Below, piece after piece: positions 24,490-37,748 of a DNA stretch of 64,000 nucleotides. Under the pieces are notes generated by a model, which had not been told where the DNA came from, searched no databases, and saw nothing but the letters and a program-made list of their open reading frames with translations. The stretch spans positions 58,838,001 through 58,902,000 of the forward strand of contig NC_086379.1 of assembly GCF_036588685.1 (NCBI RefSeq), written 5' to 3'. Source of the DNA: Mytilus trossulus (lineage: Eukaryota). The stretch's first letter is position 1. Every line of letters starts with the position of its first letter. Position numbers and translations under genes: made by a program.

Positions 24490-26150
24490 CTAAGGAGATT
24501 TCCTGTCCGAAACTGCAGACATCCATGGGATGTCTAAAGCTTCGGTCAGCAGGTGTGTAGTAGAGGTAACATCATCATTTTTCAAGAGATTACAGAATAT
24601 AAAATTGCCAAGGGGCAATGCAGGAATTGATGCAGTGAAGGAGGGATTCTACAAAATAGGAAGATTTTCTAACGTGGTGGGAGATGTAGATGGTACGGTC
24701 ATTCCAATACAGAGACCACATGAGGATGAGGATGACTATGTTTGTAGAAAAAGGTTCCCAGCAATAAATGTTCAGGCTATTGTTAACTCTAATTTAAGGT
24801 AAAACAAGAATATGTCTCCCAACGACCACATTATTTAGCTCCTCAATTACCTCTTTCATTTACACAATTAAAATTTGTCAAAGCCAGCCATATTTCGGCA
24901 CAAATATTTAACTGACAACTTAATGAATAAGAGTACAAAGTCACATGTTCCAGTGACTTTAAACTAACTTAAACAAAACACCAAAAACATATGAAATCGA
25001 CATGTTAAGTGAACCGTAAATTTATTTCAAAACACTAAAATGGGAAATACACTAAATAGTCCACATAAAATAAGCAAGGTTCTCAGTTTATTAAAACATA
25101 GTTCATTAGTAGTTACTTTTTTTACATGTTTGTTCGTTTATTTCTTTTTTAATAGATTATCAAGGACAACAAAACTTTAGGTCAGTGTATAACACTACAA
25201 CTTTTGTGAATATATTATTTTTTTTATATGCAAATTCAATTAATTTGACACACATTTATGTTTTAAACATTACTTTTAAAATAAAAAAGTAAACCAATAA
25301 TGCAATTTTTCAGATTTTCAAAAACAGCTGTAAGGCGGTCAAGGGAAACTCATGATTCATTCATGTGACAAAATCAAGTGTTTCAGCTTACATTGAACAA
25401 ATACAAAACAGTTAGTTGCTAGGTGACCCAGGCTACCCAATATAGAAATGGCTGATGGCACCACTGCTAAATACAGCAAATGAACAAGAAGTTAGATTTA
25501 TGACAGCGCACTGCAAGACAAGAAATGTCATTCAAAGATCTGTTGGTGTGTTAAAAGTCAAGGTTAAGGTGAGAATAACCATATTGCTGTACTGTATAAT
25601 AAAAAAAAAACATTGATACGGTGCAAACAAATGATATATGCTCCAGTATACAATGTTTTCTAATATAAAAAAAAAAATTAAGAATGGAAATGGGGAATGT
25701 GTCAAAGAGACAACAACCCGACCAAAATAAAAAACAACAGCAGAAGGTCACCAACAGGTCTTCAATGTAGCGAGACATTCCCGCACCCGGAGGCGTCCTT
25801 CAGCTGGCCCCTAAACAAATATATACTAGTTCAGTGATAATGAACGCCATACTAATTTCCAAATCGTACACAAGAAACTAAAAACATGAATCAAATAATC
25901 AAATACATCTGTGTTAAATTATTCATATTATTCACAGGTGTTTGCATAAAACTGATCGATACTTGCCATACAAGCCACCAAAATCTGTCAAAATAATAAG
26001 TAACTGCTTTTGCACAATAAGTGCATAGAGGATGGAGTGCCACTTTTGAATTTTGAAGATGGAGGAAATGACGCCGAGATTGAACATCATATTAAAATAC
26101 ATGTAAATCACAACCGTGATGCACAGACCATCAGAAAGACTAAGTAACCA
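24490..26150 (+). pseudogene. PIF/Harbinger (HARBI1-like) DDE transposase pseudogene with three visible exons
   Basis: Exon ending 24798 (VVGDVDGTVIPIQRP...YVCRK...INVQ). Exon 25314-25568 (THDSF...LLGDPGYP..WLMAP...AHCKTRNVIQR). Exon starting 25938 (CLHK...LHN). Canonical GT/AG sites. Contains stops and frameshifts. Confidence 0.85.
25680..25885 (-). repeat. Short dispersed repeat inserted in intron 2 of the Harbinger pseudogene
   Basis: Ends on the minus strand in GGGTTGTTGTCTCTTTGACACATTCCCC plus a T-rich tail, a variant of the shared terminal hairpin. Confidence 0.55.
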
Positions 26151-27317
26151 ATTTTAAACTTATTTCATTTGTTGATTTTACTTTGCAAAACATTTTGAAC
26201 TAAATTTCTATCTTTTTATTTCAATTCTCCATAAAAAACTTTAATAAAGAAAAACAAAATGGTAAGCAATTCTAATAAATATAAACTTGCTATCCTATAA
26301 CATATTCAGAGCTTACACATAAATAAGTCTTAATCTGCTTATGACTATGTCTAAATTTTATACAAGAAATATTTGAACAGAATAAAAAAGTTTAAAATAT
26401 TGACTCCTATAACCACACAAATGAGGGAAAAAAATCTTATATTTAGTAAAAATGTTCAATAACACAATTCAATATAGATAGCTCAGGTCCTTGTGAAGTC
26501 TTGTATAGAGGTTAACGATGTCATAGGTAGTGGCACATTCGCCACCTATTAAAATTACGTCTTTTCATAAACATAAATAGAACTAAACAAGTCTGTAATT
26601 TTCTGACTTAAATTAAAATGAAAACACATTTTTTTAATAAATATTTTTTTGACTTCTGTAACTTATTTGGTTTATAATTCATCAAGTGTGTCTGCTGTGT
26701 CTGGCAGTAAATATGTTAATCTTGCCAATGAGAACTAGATGAAAAAATTTAAAGCATGTCTTGTTTTTAATTAATTTGCATCTTATGAGCTCTATTAAGA
26801 GTTACACAAAAAATAAAAGTTATTGACACCCTTTTTGATAAAAAAAAAAACAACAAAAAAACCTTTGAGTCTTGACATCTGCAAAGTGATAAGGTATCAT
26901 CATAGAATAATTGTACATGTCAATTACACGAAAGGTATAAAACATACATTTCTCAGTTCCCAGTTTCTGATTTTAATAGCAACATAAAAGAATCTTAGAA
27001 TAAACCTGGTAACTCAACATACCCCCTATACTTGTAATAAAAATCTATGAGTAGTTATTTCAAAGCAACACTCATATAGAGCTACTTAGATATTGGCAAC
27101 ATAGTTTTCAAAAAGGGACTTATCCCCTTGGTATTTTAAAAATCCAGGATAAGTTTGCACCATACTCACTATTTGGTTTAAATAAATGTACATCATCAAA
27201 CACACCAATATTATTCATTACATGATGCACAGTTCTCAAACGTGTCATCCAAGATGTTATGAACCGTTCTTGATTAGATAAACCTATAATAGATAGCAGG
27301 ACTAAATTTTGTATATT

Positions 27318-27359
27318 CGCAGGACGCGCGTTTCGTCTACAAAAGACTCATCAGTGACC
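27318..27359 (-). ncRNA. Minimal hammerhead ribozyme (core intact, helix I weakened) in a family A fragment (27278-27395)
   Basis: CUGAUGA-GUCU(UUUGU)AGAC-GAAA-CGCGC-GUC on the minus strand. Confidence 0.7.
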
Positions 27360-27395
27360 CTCGAATCCAAAAAAAGTTTTAAAGGCCAAATAAAA

Positions 27396-27665
27396 ATAGG
27401 ACGAAAGATATCAAAGGGACAGTCAAATTCAAAAATCTAAAATAAACTGACAACGCCATGGCTAAAAATAAAAAAGGCAAACAATAGTACACATGGCACA
27501 ACATAGAAAACTCAAGAATAAACAACACGATCCCACCAACAACTAGGGGTGATCTCAGTGCTCCGGAAGGGTAAGCAGATTCTGCTCCACATGTGGCACC
27601 CGTCGTGTTGCTTATGTGATAACAAATCCGGTAAATAGTCTAATTCGGTAGGTCACATTCATGAA
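27396..27665 (-). mobile_element. PLE-type 3' region fragment
   Basis: Homologous to 15520-15790 and 47575-47830. Confidence 0.75.
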
Positions 27666-29057
27666 AGTTGAATAGTTCAGTCTAAGATTTAACCTCAAAC
27701 TAATTGCAACAGAAAATGTTTTAGTTCTAATCTATAGCATTATGCTCTTTGTATACACAGAAAAATTCCCATAAAATCTAATTAGAGGAAAACTCAAAAT
27801 CAGCATTTTTCTTTCCTATATAGGTTAACTTTGAAAGGGGAGAAAACTCTTGCAAATAGGAGTCTTTTTTTGGTTGTTGTTCTTGAAATTTATGTAAAGT
27901 ATGATACTTTGATTGGGTTATAAGTTTGTACTTGACTAAATTATATAATCTTCTGCTCATAAAATGTACAAAATCGAAGAGGTTTTAAATGAATTGCAAA
28001 TTTGCAGCTTTGTAACCATTTTAAAAAAAATAATGTGAAAATTTGGTATTGTTTATATCTGTATATTATGTTTTTTCAGCAAATTCTTTATCTAAAGAAA
28101 CTTTAAACCACAAAAAAAAGAATGCATGCTAAATTATTCAATAAATGGTCAACTTATGAATTACGCAATCTAGATTATAGCTTGATAAAATATATGAAAA
28201 CACCATAAGATTTGTTTTTTTTATACTCTTAAGACCGCTAATAAATCAAGAATCAATACATTCTGATGAATAGAAGCGGTAAAGTTATAATATTGTATCA
28301 ATTTTGTTGATATAAAATTGATACTTCTACCTTTTTTGCAAGAGTTATCTCCCTTTTCAATGCAAATCTCCATATGAATTTTAAATGGCGATTTTTAGTC
28401 TTCCTCAAGTTAGATTGTATGGGACTTTTTTCTGTGTATATTTGGGGTATAATGCTAAAGATTTGAACTTTGAAATCTTCTGTTGCAATTACTTTCGGGT
28501 TAGGGTCAAATGTATGCTAGATTGACTGGACTATAAGAGCATTGTGGACCACAATTCCTAAAAATACAGCTAGGGTAATCTATGCCTGAGGTAGAAAAGC
28601 CTTAGTATTTCAAAAAATTCCAAATTTTGTAAACAGTTAATTTATAAATATAACCATATCAATGATAATTCATGTCAGCACAAAAGCTTGTTATACCCTC
28701 GGGGAAATAAATCTCCACTAGAATGATTATAATTTTAAACAATACACTGAAACAACCAAAATGATCAGTCTTTTTCTGTATGTGATGAACATACCTATTA
28801 TAGTGACGTACACATTGAATGCAGGGTTCGGGCTTTCTCTTAGGATGTGTCATAAAAAAAACCATCTTCGACATACTCTTTTTTTTTATTTTTGAAGGTA
28901 TTTGGGTTTCAACCAAGTGACCCCCCGATATGCCAATAGATTTTCTGCATCTGGTTGCAGACTTTTTTATATGTCGCCAAGTGTTGTGCTAGAGGACTCC
29001 GCATATTTCAAATGGTATTGACTTTCTTATTCTCCTTTTATCAGTAGTTTTACTTAA

Positions 29058-30291
29058 GGCCACACCAATTTGGTTACTTGTTCGACGGACCCGCTCGCAC
29101 GTGTTTTTTTCTAAACAGATTTTTTTTTATATTTTCCCGCTTCCCGCATCCGGAAACAAAATCGTGTCTTTATCCCGCATCGGTTTTTTCGATTTTTTTT
29201 TTATAAAAACTCAATTAAATCGCCAGAGCGTTTTAGTCAACGTCAAATTGCAATGATTGTACTGTTTATATCTAAAACACAGATTTCTTCTTTCTCAGAT
29301 TACAGTCAAAAACAAATAATTTCAACAAGTAATCATGCCGATTTTTGTCGTAAGAATTCAGGACTCACAAGGAGGGGAGGTGTTGCCGTCCACGGCAATA
29401 CCGTTTGCCGGTGGCAGTTTTGTTGAACTGTTTACGTATTGCGTCGGAATTAAAAAAAATCAGCCTATTATCTAACAATGTTACAGCAGTGCATTTGAAA
29501 GAGAGTATGACGTCAGACCACATAGCGGCCGATAACGCTGACATGGACGTTTTGTATCTAACAAACAGCATTGTGTATGTTGACATATATAATTGTTTAC
29601 TTTAAATACATTGTATTGTACTTTGTCTAGGCTTTGGATTGTAGGCTGTATGTTGACAAATAATTGTTAACTTTAAATACATTGTATTGTACTTTGATTG
29701 AGAGTTGTCTCATTGGGACTTGTACTACATCCTATTTATATCAACATGACAAAAAGATAACACCAAAAACAATAGAGACACAGAAAACCAACATGTAATA
29801 CAAAAAAATTGAAAGTACAACCATTAATGAACAGCATGAACCCCAAACACTGGGTAAACTCAGGTTTTCGGAAAGGATAAACAGTTCCTGATTCTTGCAA
29901 GACACTGCTGTGTTTCTAGCGACATCATGTAGATAATTTATAAGGCAGTTGAAGTTATTCATTTATTCAGTTCAACATCTGATATCATCATGATCATCAG
30001 AAAGTAATGGTAATACAAGTCATAAATATGCTGAAATTAAACGTGGAGCAGTTGAGAAATTTAGCAAATGTCAATGTAAAAGTGGTAATTCTAGTTTCAT
30101 ACCATTTTTTTTTGTCAGGATCTTTGATTTATGTTTATAAAAAAAAAATTAATCGCTCGCCTTTACTTTTCAAGCTTCGCCTCAAAAAATTTCAAATTCA
30201 TTTCTTTTTTATTTAAATTTTCAAATCGCTCGTTCGCCCCAATTTCTGAAGTGGAAAAATCCGTAGAACAAGAAATTAAATTGGTGTGGCC
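29058..30291. mobile_element. MITE with GG...CC termini and TAA TSD (Zator- or Harbinger-like)
   Basis: 31-bp TIR GGCCACACCAATTT.(G/A)TT.CTTGTTC.ACGG at both ends. TAA at 29055-57 and 30292-94. Confidence 0.85.
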
Positions 30292-30733
30292 TAAAGTCGG
30301 AGTTTCCGTGGAGCCTGTTGCTATTGCTGACTTTCTATTCTCATCAGTTATTTTAGTTAGTATTGACTTTCTAGTTCCCTTTTTATCTGTGGTTTTGCTT
30401 TTGACCGCTTTTTGTCCTCTTGTGTCTAACCTAACATCCTATTTTAATGGTATATCATACAAATGTTAACGTTAGTACAAAAGTAATGGGAATGTTCAGC
30501 TTTCATTTATTTGCATATGAATGGCATAGCAATATTCTTCAAAACACATACCATTCCATGATTAAAACTGACGAATAAGCTTGATGACATATAGACAATA
30601 TCTATTAAGTGTTTTTTTAAGTATCAACTGTATTTGGAGGAGGCTAAAAAAAACGGGTGTAATACGAGCTTTAGTATCAATTCCACATTGTTTTAAGATT
30701 GTAACACAGTGATGACTGCTGTAACCATTCTTT

Positions 30734-31575
30734 TAGTCCGAGATTACTCTGACGTCCGACGGCTGTTTTGCCAGACAAGCTTGGGCCGTGGGACGTCAGA
30801 GCTTGTTCCATATCAAAAAGTGGATATTTGCCCACCCAAAATAGATGCGCTGCCTCCTCGCTTTTTGAGCCGACTGAGGTCCTTGGAATTATATAAATCG
30901 GGCTTCAAATCTCTTAATTTTTCATTTATCTCTCCATTTATGTAAGTTTCACCTACCTGCCAACCCTTTATTTTCTGATAATTAGACAGTTTTCACAGTG
31001 ACCTATGATTTATGCATTTCAAAGATTATCACGTGACCCCGAGAAAACAGTGCAAACGACCATAATGTAACACCTCGTTCATTTACGATGCAAGTTACCT
31101 AAATGTCCGAGAGCTTCCGAATTGTATCGTGGTCGGAACTAAATGCTAATTACCGATCTCCTTTAAAGGAGGTAATAACACGTGGTTGCTTCTAAATGTT
31201 AAACATCGATCTCCTATAAAGAAAGTAAAACAATATAAATATTTGCATATTTGAGTCTCGAGGCCACGAACTCTCTCGTAACTTGACGTCCATTTGAAAG
31301 TGAAAGTCAAAATGCGGAAATCGATTGGTCTATGTGAAAACTGTTAAAATATAGAAAAATAAAGGTTGGCAGGTAGGTGAAAGTTACATAAATGAAGAGA
31401 TTGAAGCCCGATTTATATATTTCTAAGGCCCTCAGTCGGCTTTAGAAGCGAGGAGGCAGCGCATCTATTTTGGGTGGGCAAATATCCACTTTTTGATATC
31501 GGACAAGCTCTGACGTCCCACGGCCCCAGCTTGTCTGGCAAAATAGCCGTCGGACGTCAGAGTAATCTCGTACTA
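30734..31575. mobile_element. Non-autonomous Academ(H)-like element with ~245 bp TIRs
   Basis: TAG...CTA termini. TIRs at 30734-~30978 and ~31352-31575. Flanks CCATTCTTT / CCATATTTT are consistent with a decayed 9-bp TSD. Confidence 0.75.
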
Positions 31576-31839
31576 CCATATTTTGTGCTATAAAACGTGT
31601 TCAATTTACCATTTTTTACATTTGAAAATACCTGTACCAAGTCAAGAATTTGGCAGTTGTTGTCCCTTTGTTTAATCTGTTTTGTCATTTGATTTTGACA
31701 TGTGATTAGGGACTTTTCGATTGAGTTTTCCTCGGAATTCAATATTTTGTAATTTCACTTTCCACTGCGATTTGCTAGTCTTTTGTCTTTGTTCAAATCA
31801 CCTTTTTTTTCGATTTATTTCATCGTTATTATGTGTAAA

Positions 31840-32480
31840 AAATGTGGTATGATTGCCAATGATACAACTCTAGCACAAGAGACCAAAATTACACAGAAAT
31901 TAACTACTGTAAACTCATCATAGATAAAAGGACTAAATTTAGTATATAAGCCAGACGCGCGCCTCGTCCACTACAGGGGACCGTACGGCTTTCAACAATG
32001 AGCAAAGCCCAATTTGTAAAGCGAGCTATAATAGGCCCTAAATGAAAATGTAAAAGAATACAAACGAGAAAACTAACGGCCTTATTCATGTTAAAAAAAA
32101 CAAATATGTAACACCTTAACGAACGACAACCACAAAAAAAAACAGGCTCCTGGCTTGGGATAGGCATATACATCCAGAATGTGTCGGGGTTAAACATAAC
32201 CCAACCGTCATCTAACCTATGACAGTGGTATAACAGTACAACATAAAAACAACTAAAATAATCAGTTGAAAAAGGCTTTTATCAGATTGATAAAAAATAA
32301 AAGTAGACGTGGACGCTAGTTCAAAGCCTCTAACAACTTATAAAAAATCGTGCATCTAAGACTAAATTGTTAATCCGTACATATCCATCATCTAATGGAC
32401 TTAACAGTCGGAATAACATGACCTGTAGCAATGCCAAGATTCAGGTAATGTCAGATTGTAGATCCATTAATGTGTATATG
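31840..32480 (-). mobile_element. Short retroposon-like repeat with a degenerate twister motif and an inserted hammerhead fragment
   Basis: Terminal AATGTGGTATGATTGCCAATGA motif. Minus-strand CCUA-UCCCAAGC-CAGG at ~32149-32164. Family A fragment at 31909-31970. Confidence 0.65.
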
Positions 32481-34304
32481 TAATGTTTTCCTTCCCCAAC
32501 AATTTGTTTGTTATACCACATTCCAGATTATTTGGGGTATTGTTCATAGCGCAAAATAAAAGGTACTTTTTTGTGCCCTTAAGCCTGAAGGTCGCTTTGT
32601 GAATGATTAATTTAAATCAACACCTTTAATATATTTTATCCTTGAATTCAATCAAATAACGAAATACTCAAAAGCTAGACCTCGAATAATTTCATAAGGG
32701 TGCCAAATATTAAATAAAAATTGGCATATGAAGCCAAATAATTGGATGTTTACTGATTTTTAATAACTACTCCATTTTATGTTTTTGAAAAGAAAATGTC
32801 TACTTGTTCCAAGTGTACTTCCACTGCACGGAAAGACAATTCTTTGGCTGGAAGAATTGCAAGTCAAAATTGACATTTTTTCCCTCAAAGAATCATTTAA
32901 ATGGCTCAGCGAATACCGTTAAAATAATGCTGTTTACAAACGCACATACTATATTTGTTTGGCTTGGTTTTTTTAGGATTACACGTGTCGCTTCTCGTAG
33001 CCAAAAATAAATTTAGTTATCAAACCATCTAATATTCAATTTTACTTGTGGGTTGGAGGTACCAAGGAGATTATTTTAAAATAAGAGATTATATCATCAT
33101 TTTAAAACGTTGTTGGTTAGAATGAATGTTGTAACATTTTTGTCCTCTGTTGTAATTGTATGTCCATATGTGTGATATTTTAAAGTTCTATCAATGCTTC
33201 TTAACATTCAACTTATTGAGGATGGATGATATTCATCACTTTCCGGCCTTTTATCTGACCGTAAACAAGATATTTGCTAGTTCCGCATCAAATTCTTTTA
33301 TCTGACCGTAAACAAGAAATTTGCTAATTCCACATCAAATCTGAGGTTGGAACTTGGTGAATTTATCTGTTCTAAATAATGGTCAGAATCCTAGAACCTG
33401 TCACGAGTCACAGGCAGTTTGTTCACCGTGTTTTGATTATGTTGGCCATCTAAAATTCATAACCTCACTTTCATCCATTGAAGAAAAGATGTGTTGAAGT
33501 GTTGGCTTCTAGATAGGGGATTTGATGATTGTTCGCTAAATACCTGAGTGAGTTTCCGTATGTTTGAAAATTATGTGATTCATTGTTTGGTGCAAATGCT
33601 TCAGCTGTTATTTCTGATGTGGGTGAATAAATTTCTGAAAGTATTACTTAGTACTCTTACAATTCTGTGTCATCAACAGGTTGATTTATATGGAGCAAAG
33701 CTTTTGATAACTGATCATCGTATATTTCACCCTCAATCTGATCCATATTGTCCAAATCGAACTATGAACCCTCAAGACATAAATAGAAACGTCGTTCGTT
33801 TTCCAAAGCAAAACTGAAGCGCACGACAAATAATGAATATATGATATATGAAATATAAAAATTAAAAAATAACAAAATATTTCTATATATTTTTTTTTCA
33901 TATTGCTCTTCAAACATGTTTGAAAACAAACAGAATGTTAATTAATCTATATTTTTGTACCTTTTCATAATATAACAAGTTGAACTAATCTGCTAATAGT
34001 GACAAAAAAAATTGTATGAAAAAGTAAATGTTTAAATGTTTGCTGAAAGTTTAATACCTTCGAGCCTCTTTAACCAGAATGCAACTGTGTCACTTATTTT
34101 CAAGGCGGTTAAAGGCAATACTTTTATATTGTAGCACTTTCTCCCATTGCACTAACCTATTTACCTATGTTTGCAAGAAATGAAGCAAGCCAAGTTGTCT
34201 ATAATTATAAATTTTCTTGAAATATCACAGGTACAATGGGTAGATGCCGCCGTGTATGTAAATAATATATTGTCATTTACGTTAATACGTATTATGGAAG
34301 GAGG

Positions 34305-34770
34305 CACATAAATGACCATATAATTGATATTAATGTCAACACCCAAGTGCTGACAAATGGGTTCGTGATACCATCGGGGACGAAACGTCCACCGCAGTGG
34401 AATCGACCTAGTGGCGTAAATTATTATCAAAGGTACAAGGCTTATAATTTAATACGCCAGACGCGCGTTTCGTCTAAATAACTCATCAGTGACGCTCAAA
34501 TCACAATAGTTATGAAGCAAAACAAGTACAATGTTGAAGAGGACCAAAAAGTTATGCCTAGGATAAGGAAATCCTTAGTTTTTCGGAAAATTCAAAGTTT
34601 TGTAAACCGGAAATTTAAAATATGACCATATAATATTGGTATTCATGTCAACACCGAATCGCTGACTACTGCGTTTGTGATACCATCGGGAACAAAACGT
34701 CCACAAGCAGTGGCATCGACCTAGTGGTGTTAATTATTATCAAAGGTTACATGCTTATAATTTAATACGC
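34305..34770 (-). mobile_element. Retrozyme-like tandem repeat (family A', unit about 315 nt)
   Basis: ATCGACCTAGTGG..AATTATTATCAAAGG..CTTATAATTTAATACGC recurs about 315 nt apart, with a hammerhead in between. Confidence 0.8.
34455..34494 (-). ncRNA. Minimal type I hammerhead ribozyme
   Basis: CGUCA-CUGAUGA-GUU(AUUUA)GAC-GAAA-CGCGC-GUC-UGGCG. Helix I CGUCA/UGGCG pairs fully. Confidence 0.8.
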
Positions 34771-35935
34771 AAAATGCGAGGTCCGTCTCATAGAAAAGTG
34801 ATAAATAATGTAACCTAATAAGTAAACTATGTGTAACTTGTCATTATGACAATTGTTAAGAGATCGTCTATAAATATTAAGAGAAACAGACTCCACATCA
34901 AAACTCGTGTATAACGATATTTCTCCACCACTTTTAACAGTTAAATTTGAATTATATAAAAACATCGGCTAGCTTCGGGCTTTATATATTAAAATGTAAC
35001 TGTCTGGGTGTGAACATCGAATCACAATTTGCGCAGTGGTGGAATCTATATTTCTCTTATGTTTACTGCCGAAGAAGTTCTGTTGACCAGATTTATGCAT
35101 CCTAAGTCAATCGTTTGAGTTTTCATATATGCTCGTTTAAGACAGTTTCTACTCTTTGACCACCTTTCTGTTCCTTTCATCAACATATACCAACCTGCAA
35201 TGGTTACTCACACACTGCTACCATATCACTACACATAGATTTAGATGCTTTAAAAGGTATGATTATCGGGTAGTCTTAAATTAAATGTTACATCATGATG
35301 TATATTAATAAAAATGTTAAAAATCGGTCATATGTACCTAGAATGTACTGTTAGAGAACTGAAAGAAAATAGTTTTTCACACTTAGTAAACAAATCTGAT
35401 GGTTTTTGTTTGTTCTTTCCTGATGATAGATTACTGGATATTATACGTCTAGACCCTTCTATTCAAATACTAAATCACAAATTATGTTCTAATAAGTTTA
35501 ATGCAAGTGATTATGTTGAGGAATTATTTTGTATTTTCCCTTTTTGAATTGATGATCTGTTATCGGGCCATGAACAAAGGTAGTCTTGTCTGGTACAAAG
35601 ATTTAGCACAAATAATCCTTTATTTTTACAAGTTCAGAATGTGTCTGGAATCTTCAATGTGAAATTATCCAATAGTTACTATTTTAGGTTAATAATGGTA
35701 TCGGGAATTTATTAACCGACCACTTGTTACAGATGAAACGACATAAAAGGACACTTGTTACATTTATTGAAGGATGTCTTACTAATACGTGTCGAGTACA
35801 TCTAAAATAGCATTTTAGTCTTTCAATATAATAATGTGGTTCCTTACAATTAATCTCTGTCATACAAAATCATTGTTGCAATGGTATTTTTTTTCTGCTA
35901 TAGATATAGTCAGATGTGGTATGATGATTTATTTT

Positions 35936-36322
35936 CAACCACTGGGTCGATATTTATTTCACATAGGGTATCACAAGCCCAGTATAGCACTTTCTGTGCT
36001 GACAAAAAAGTCATGACATAAATTATCATTGATATTGTTATATTTATAAATCAACTGTCTTCAAAACTTTGATTTTTTTGAAATACTAAGGCTTTTCTAC
36101 CTCAGGCAGAGATTACCTTAGCTGTATTTGGAAACACTTGTAGGAATTTTGGATTTCAATGTTCTTCAACTTTGTACTTTATTTGGCTTTTTTTGGCTTT
36201 TTTTTTTTTTTTTTTTTTTTAACTTTTTAGGATTCGAGCGTCACAGATGAGTCTTTTGAAGACGAAACGCGCGTCTGGCGTATATATATAAAATTTAGTC
36301 GTGGTATCTATGATGAGTTTAT
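35936..36322 (+). mobile_element. Retrozyme family A monomer with a mutated hammerhead (36239-36280, CAGAUGA)
   Basis: CGTCA-CAGATGA-GTCTT(TTG)AAGAC-GAAA-CGCGC-GTC-TGGCG. The body is the reverse complement of 6386-6760. Confidence 0.85.
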
Positions 36323-36974
36323 AAGTATCACTGTGTATGACATTTATTCGTACAGACAATGTCATGAACACCTACAATTTATTGTATCCAAGTGGAAACT
36401 GTCTTGTCTAAGCATGACTGAATCGCATATTGGTTTATTCAAACTGTCCGTTCTCTAGATCTTAAGCCTACTTCATTGACATACCTGACAGAAAGCATCA
36501 GTGTCACAAAATTTGAAAGGTATATAACTGATATTATCTACTGTTACCAATACTAATCGACCAATCGTTATTGAATGGAAGTTTCAAAGATTAACACTTT
36601 CCCCGTGATTTTTTATCCATACCGAATTTTAAACATCGTGACAAATTATTTAGGAATACTATTACTGTTGTTCGTCACATTCAGAATACAATTACCCTAC
36701 TTATAAAGACCAACCGCGCATCTCCTTTACCAAATTTAAAACCTGCTATCTTGGACGATTTTTTTGTTAAACCTCTGAGCAGCCCATTCGACTTCTATTT
36801 CCAGAATATTTCTTGCAGATTTGAATCAAACAATTTCATCCATTCGCTCATTCAACGTTGTTCACGTGACAGATAAATTGAAATAAAATGAATTTCGGCT
36901 TTAATTGAACTTAAGATTAAAATTTACAATTTGTTTTTTCTTGGTCATTTTTACTTTAAACAGACCAATATAAG

Positions 36975-37510
36975 ATAACACTTTTATATATTTGGATGAT
37001 GTATTAGCTCTCTTTGATGACTTTAGTGCACCAAAAAGATTCAATCTGTCGAATTGACTTCAACAAAACTAAAACTAACAATGACCACTGGATATCTATA
37101 TATTAAACCAGGAGCTTAATAACAAAACTAGTTATAAAAAGATGATTATTCCTTTTCTTTTGTTAATAATTCATTTTTTATATGGTGCAGTATCTTAATA
37201 TGCTGTCTGTGTATCTCAACTTGTTTGATTCGCTCGTATATGTTACAACGGATTTGATTTATACGAAAGAAATATTTGTTTTACTGAAACATTAATACAC
37301 CAGGGTTTTCAAAATAACAAAAATACATGTATTGTCGAAATGCGCATCTGGTGCAACAAAATTGGTACCGTTGATTTTATTACGAAACTTTATCATCAGT
37401 TTAAGGACATATTAAGTAAATATAAGTTCGTTCAAAAATGACGGCATTCACCCCAAACTTTTAAAGACTTATTCAGAAGGGATATAGTTACCATACTTTT
37501 GTCGTGTAAT
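36975..37510 (+). pseudogene. Highly decayed PLE RT fragment of a second family
   Basis: Across frameshifts reads TF.YLDDVLAL, KDDYSF, VSQLV.FAR, TETLIHQGF. Interrupted by a family C hammerhead fragment at 37325-37380. Confidence 0.6.
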
Positions 37511-37748
37511 TAAGGATTTTATATGATGTTATTATCATTGATTCACAGATATCAAATGTGACGTAATTTTTGTGCCTTTTCACCTCTTCGTATGTGACGT
37601 CATTTTTATGATTTTTTGCATTAACTAAGTCGGGTGTGTCTATTTTTCTTTGTTGGTCTCAGCATTATGTATTCGGGTTTTGTTTTCTGTAATTATTTAA
37701 TACTTCAGCTTCATATGTAAATCTTTTATATTCATTTGATAAAATGTA

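Noticed and set aside
33248-33342. Tandem ~47-bp duplication, considered as a CRISPR-like or coding repeat
   Set aside because: Only two adjacent units with no spacers, in a eukaryotic context.
34357-34400. + strand GTGATACCATCGGGGACGAAACGTC resembling an antisense hammerhead
   Set aside because: No CUGANGA and no helix I. GGACG/CGTCC is simply the hairpin of the conserved module.
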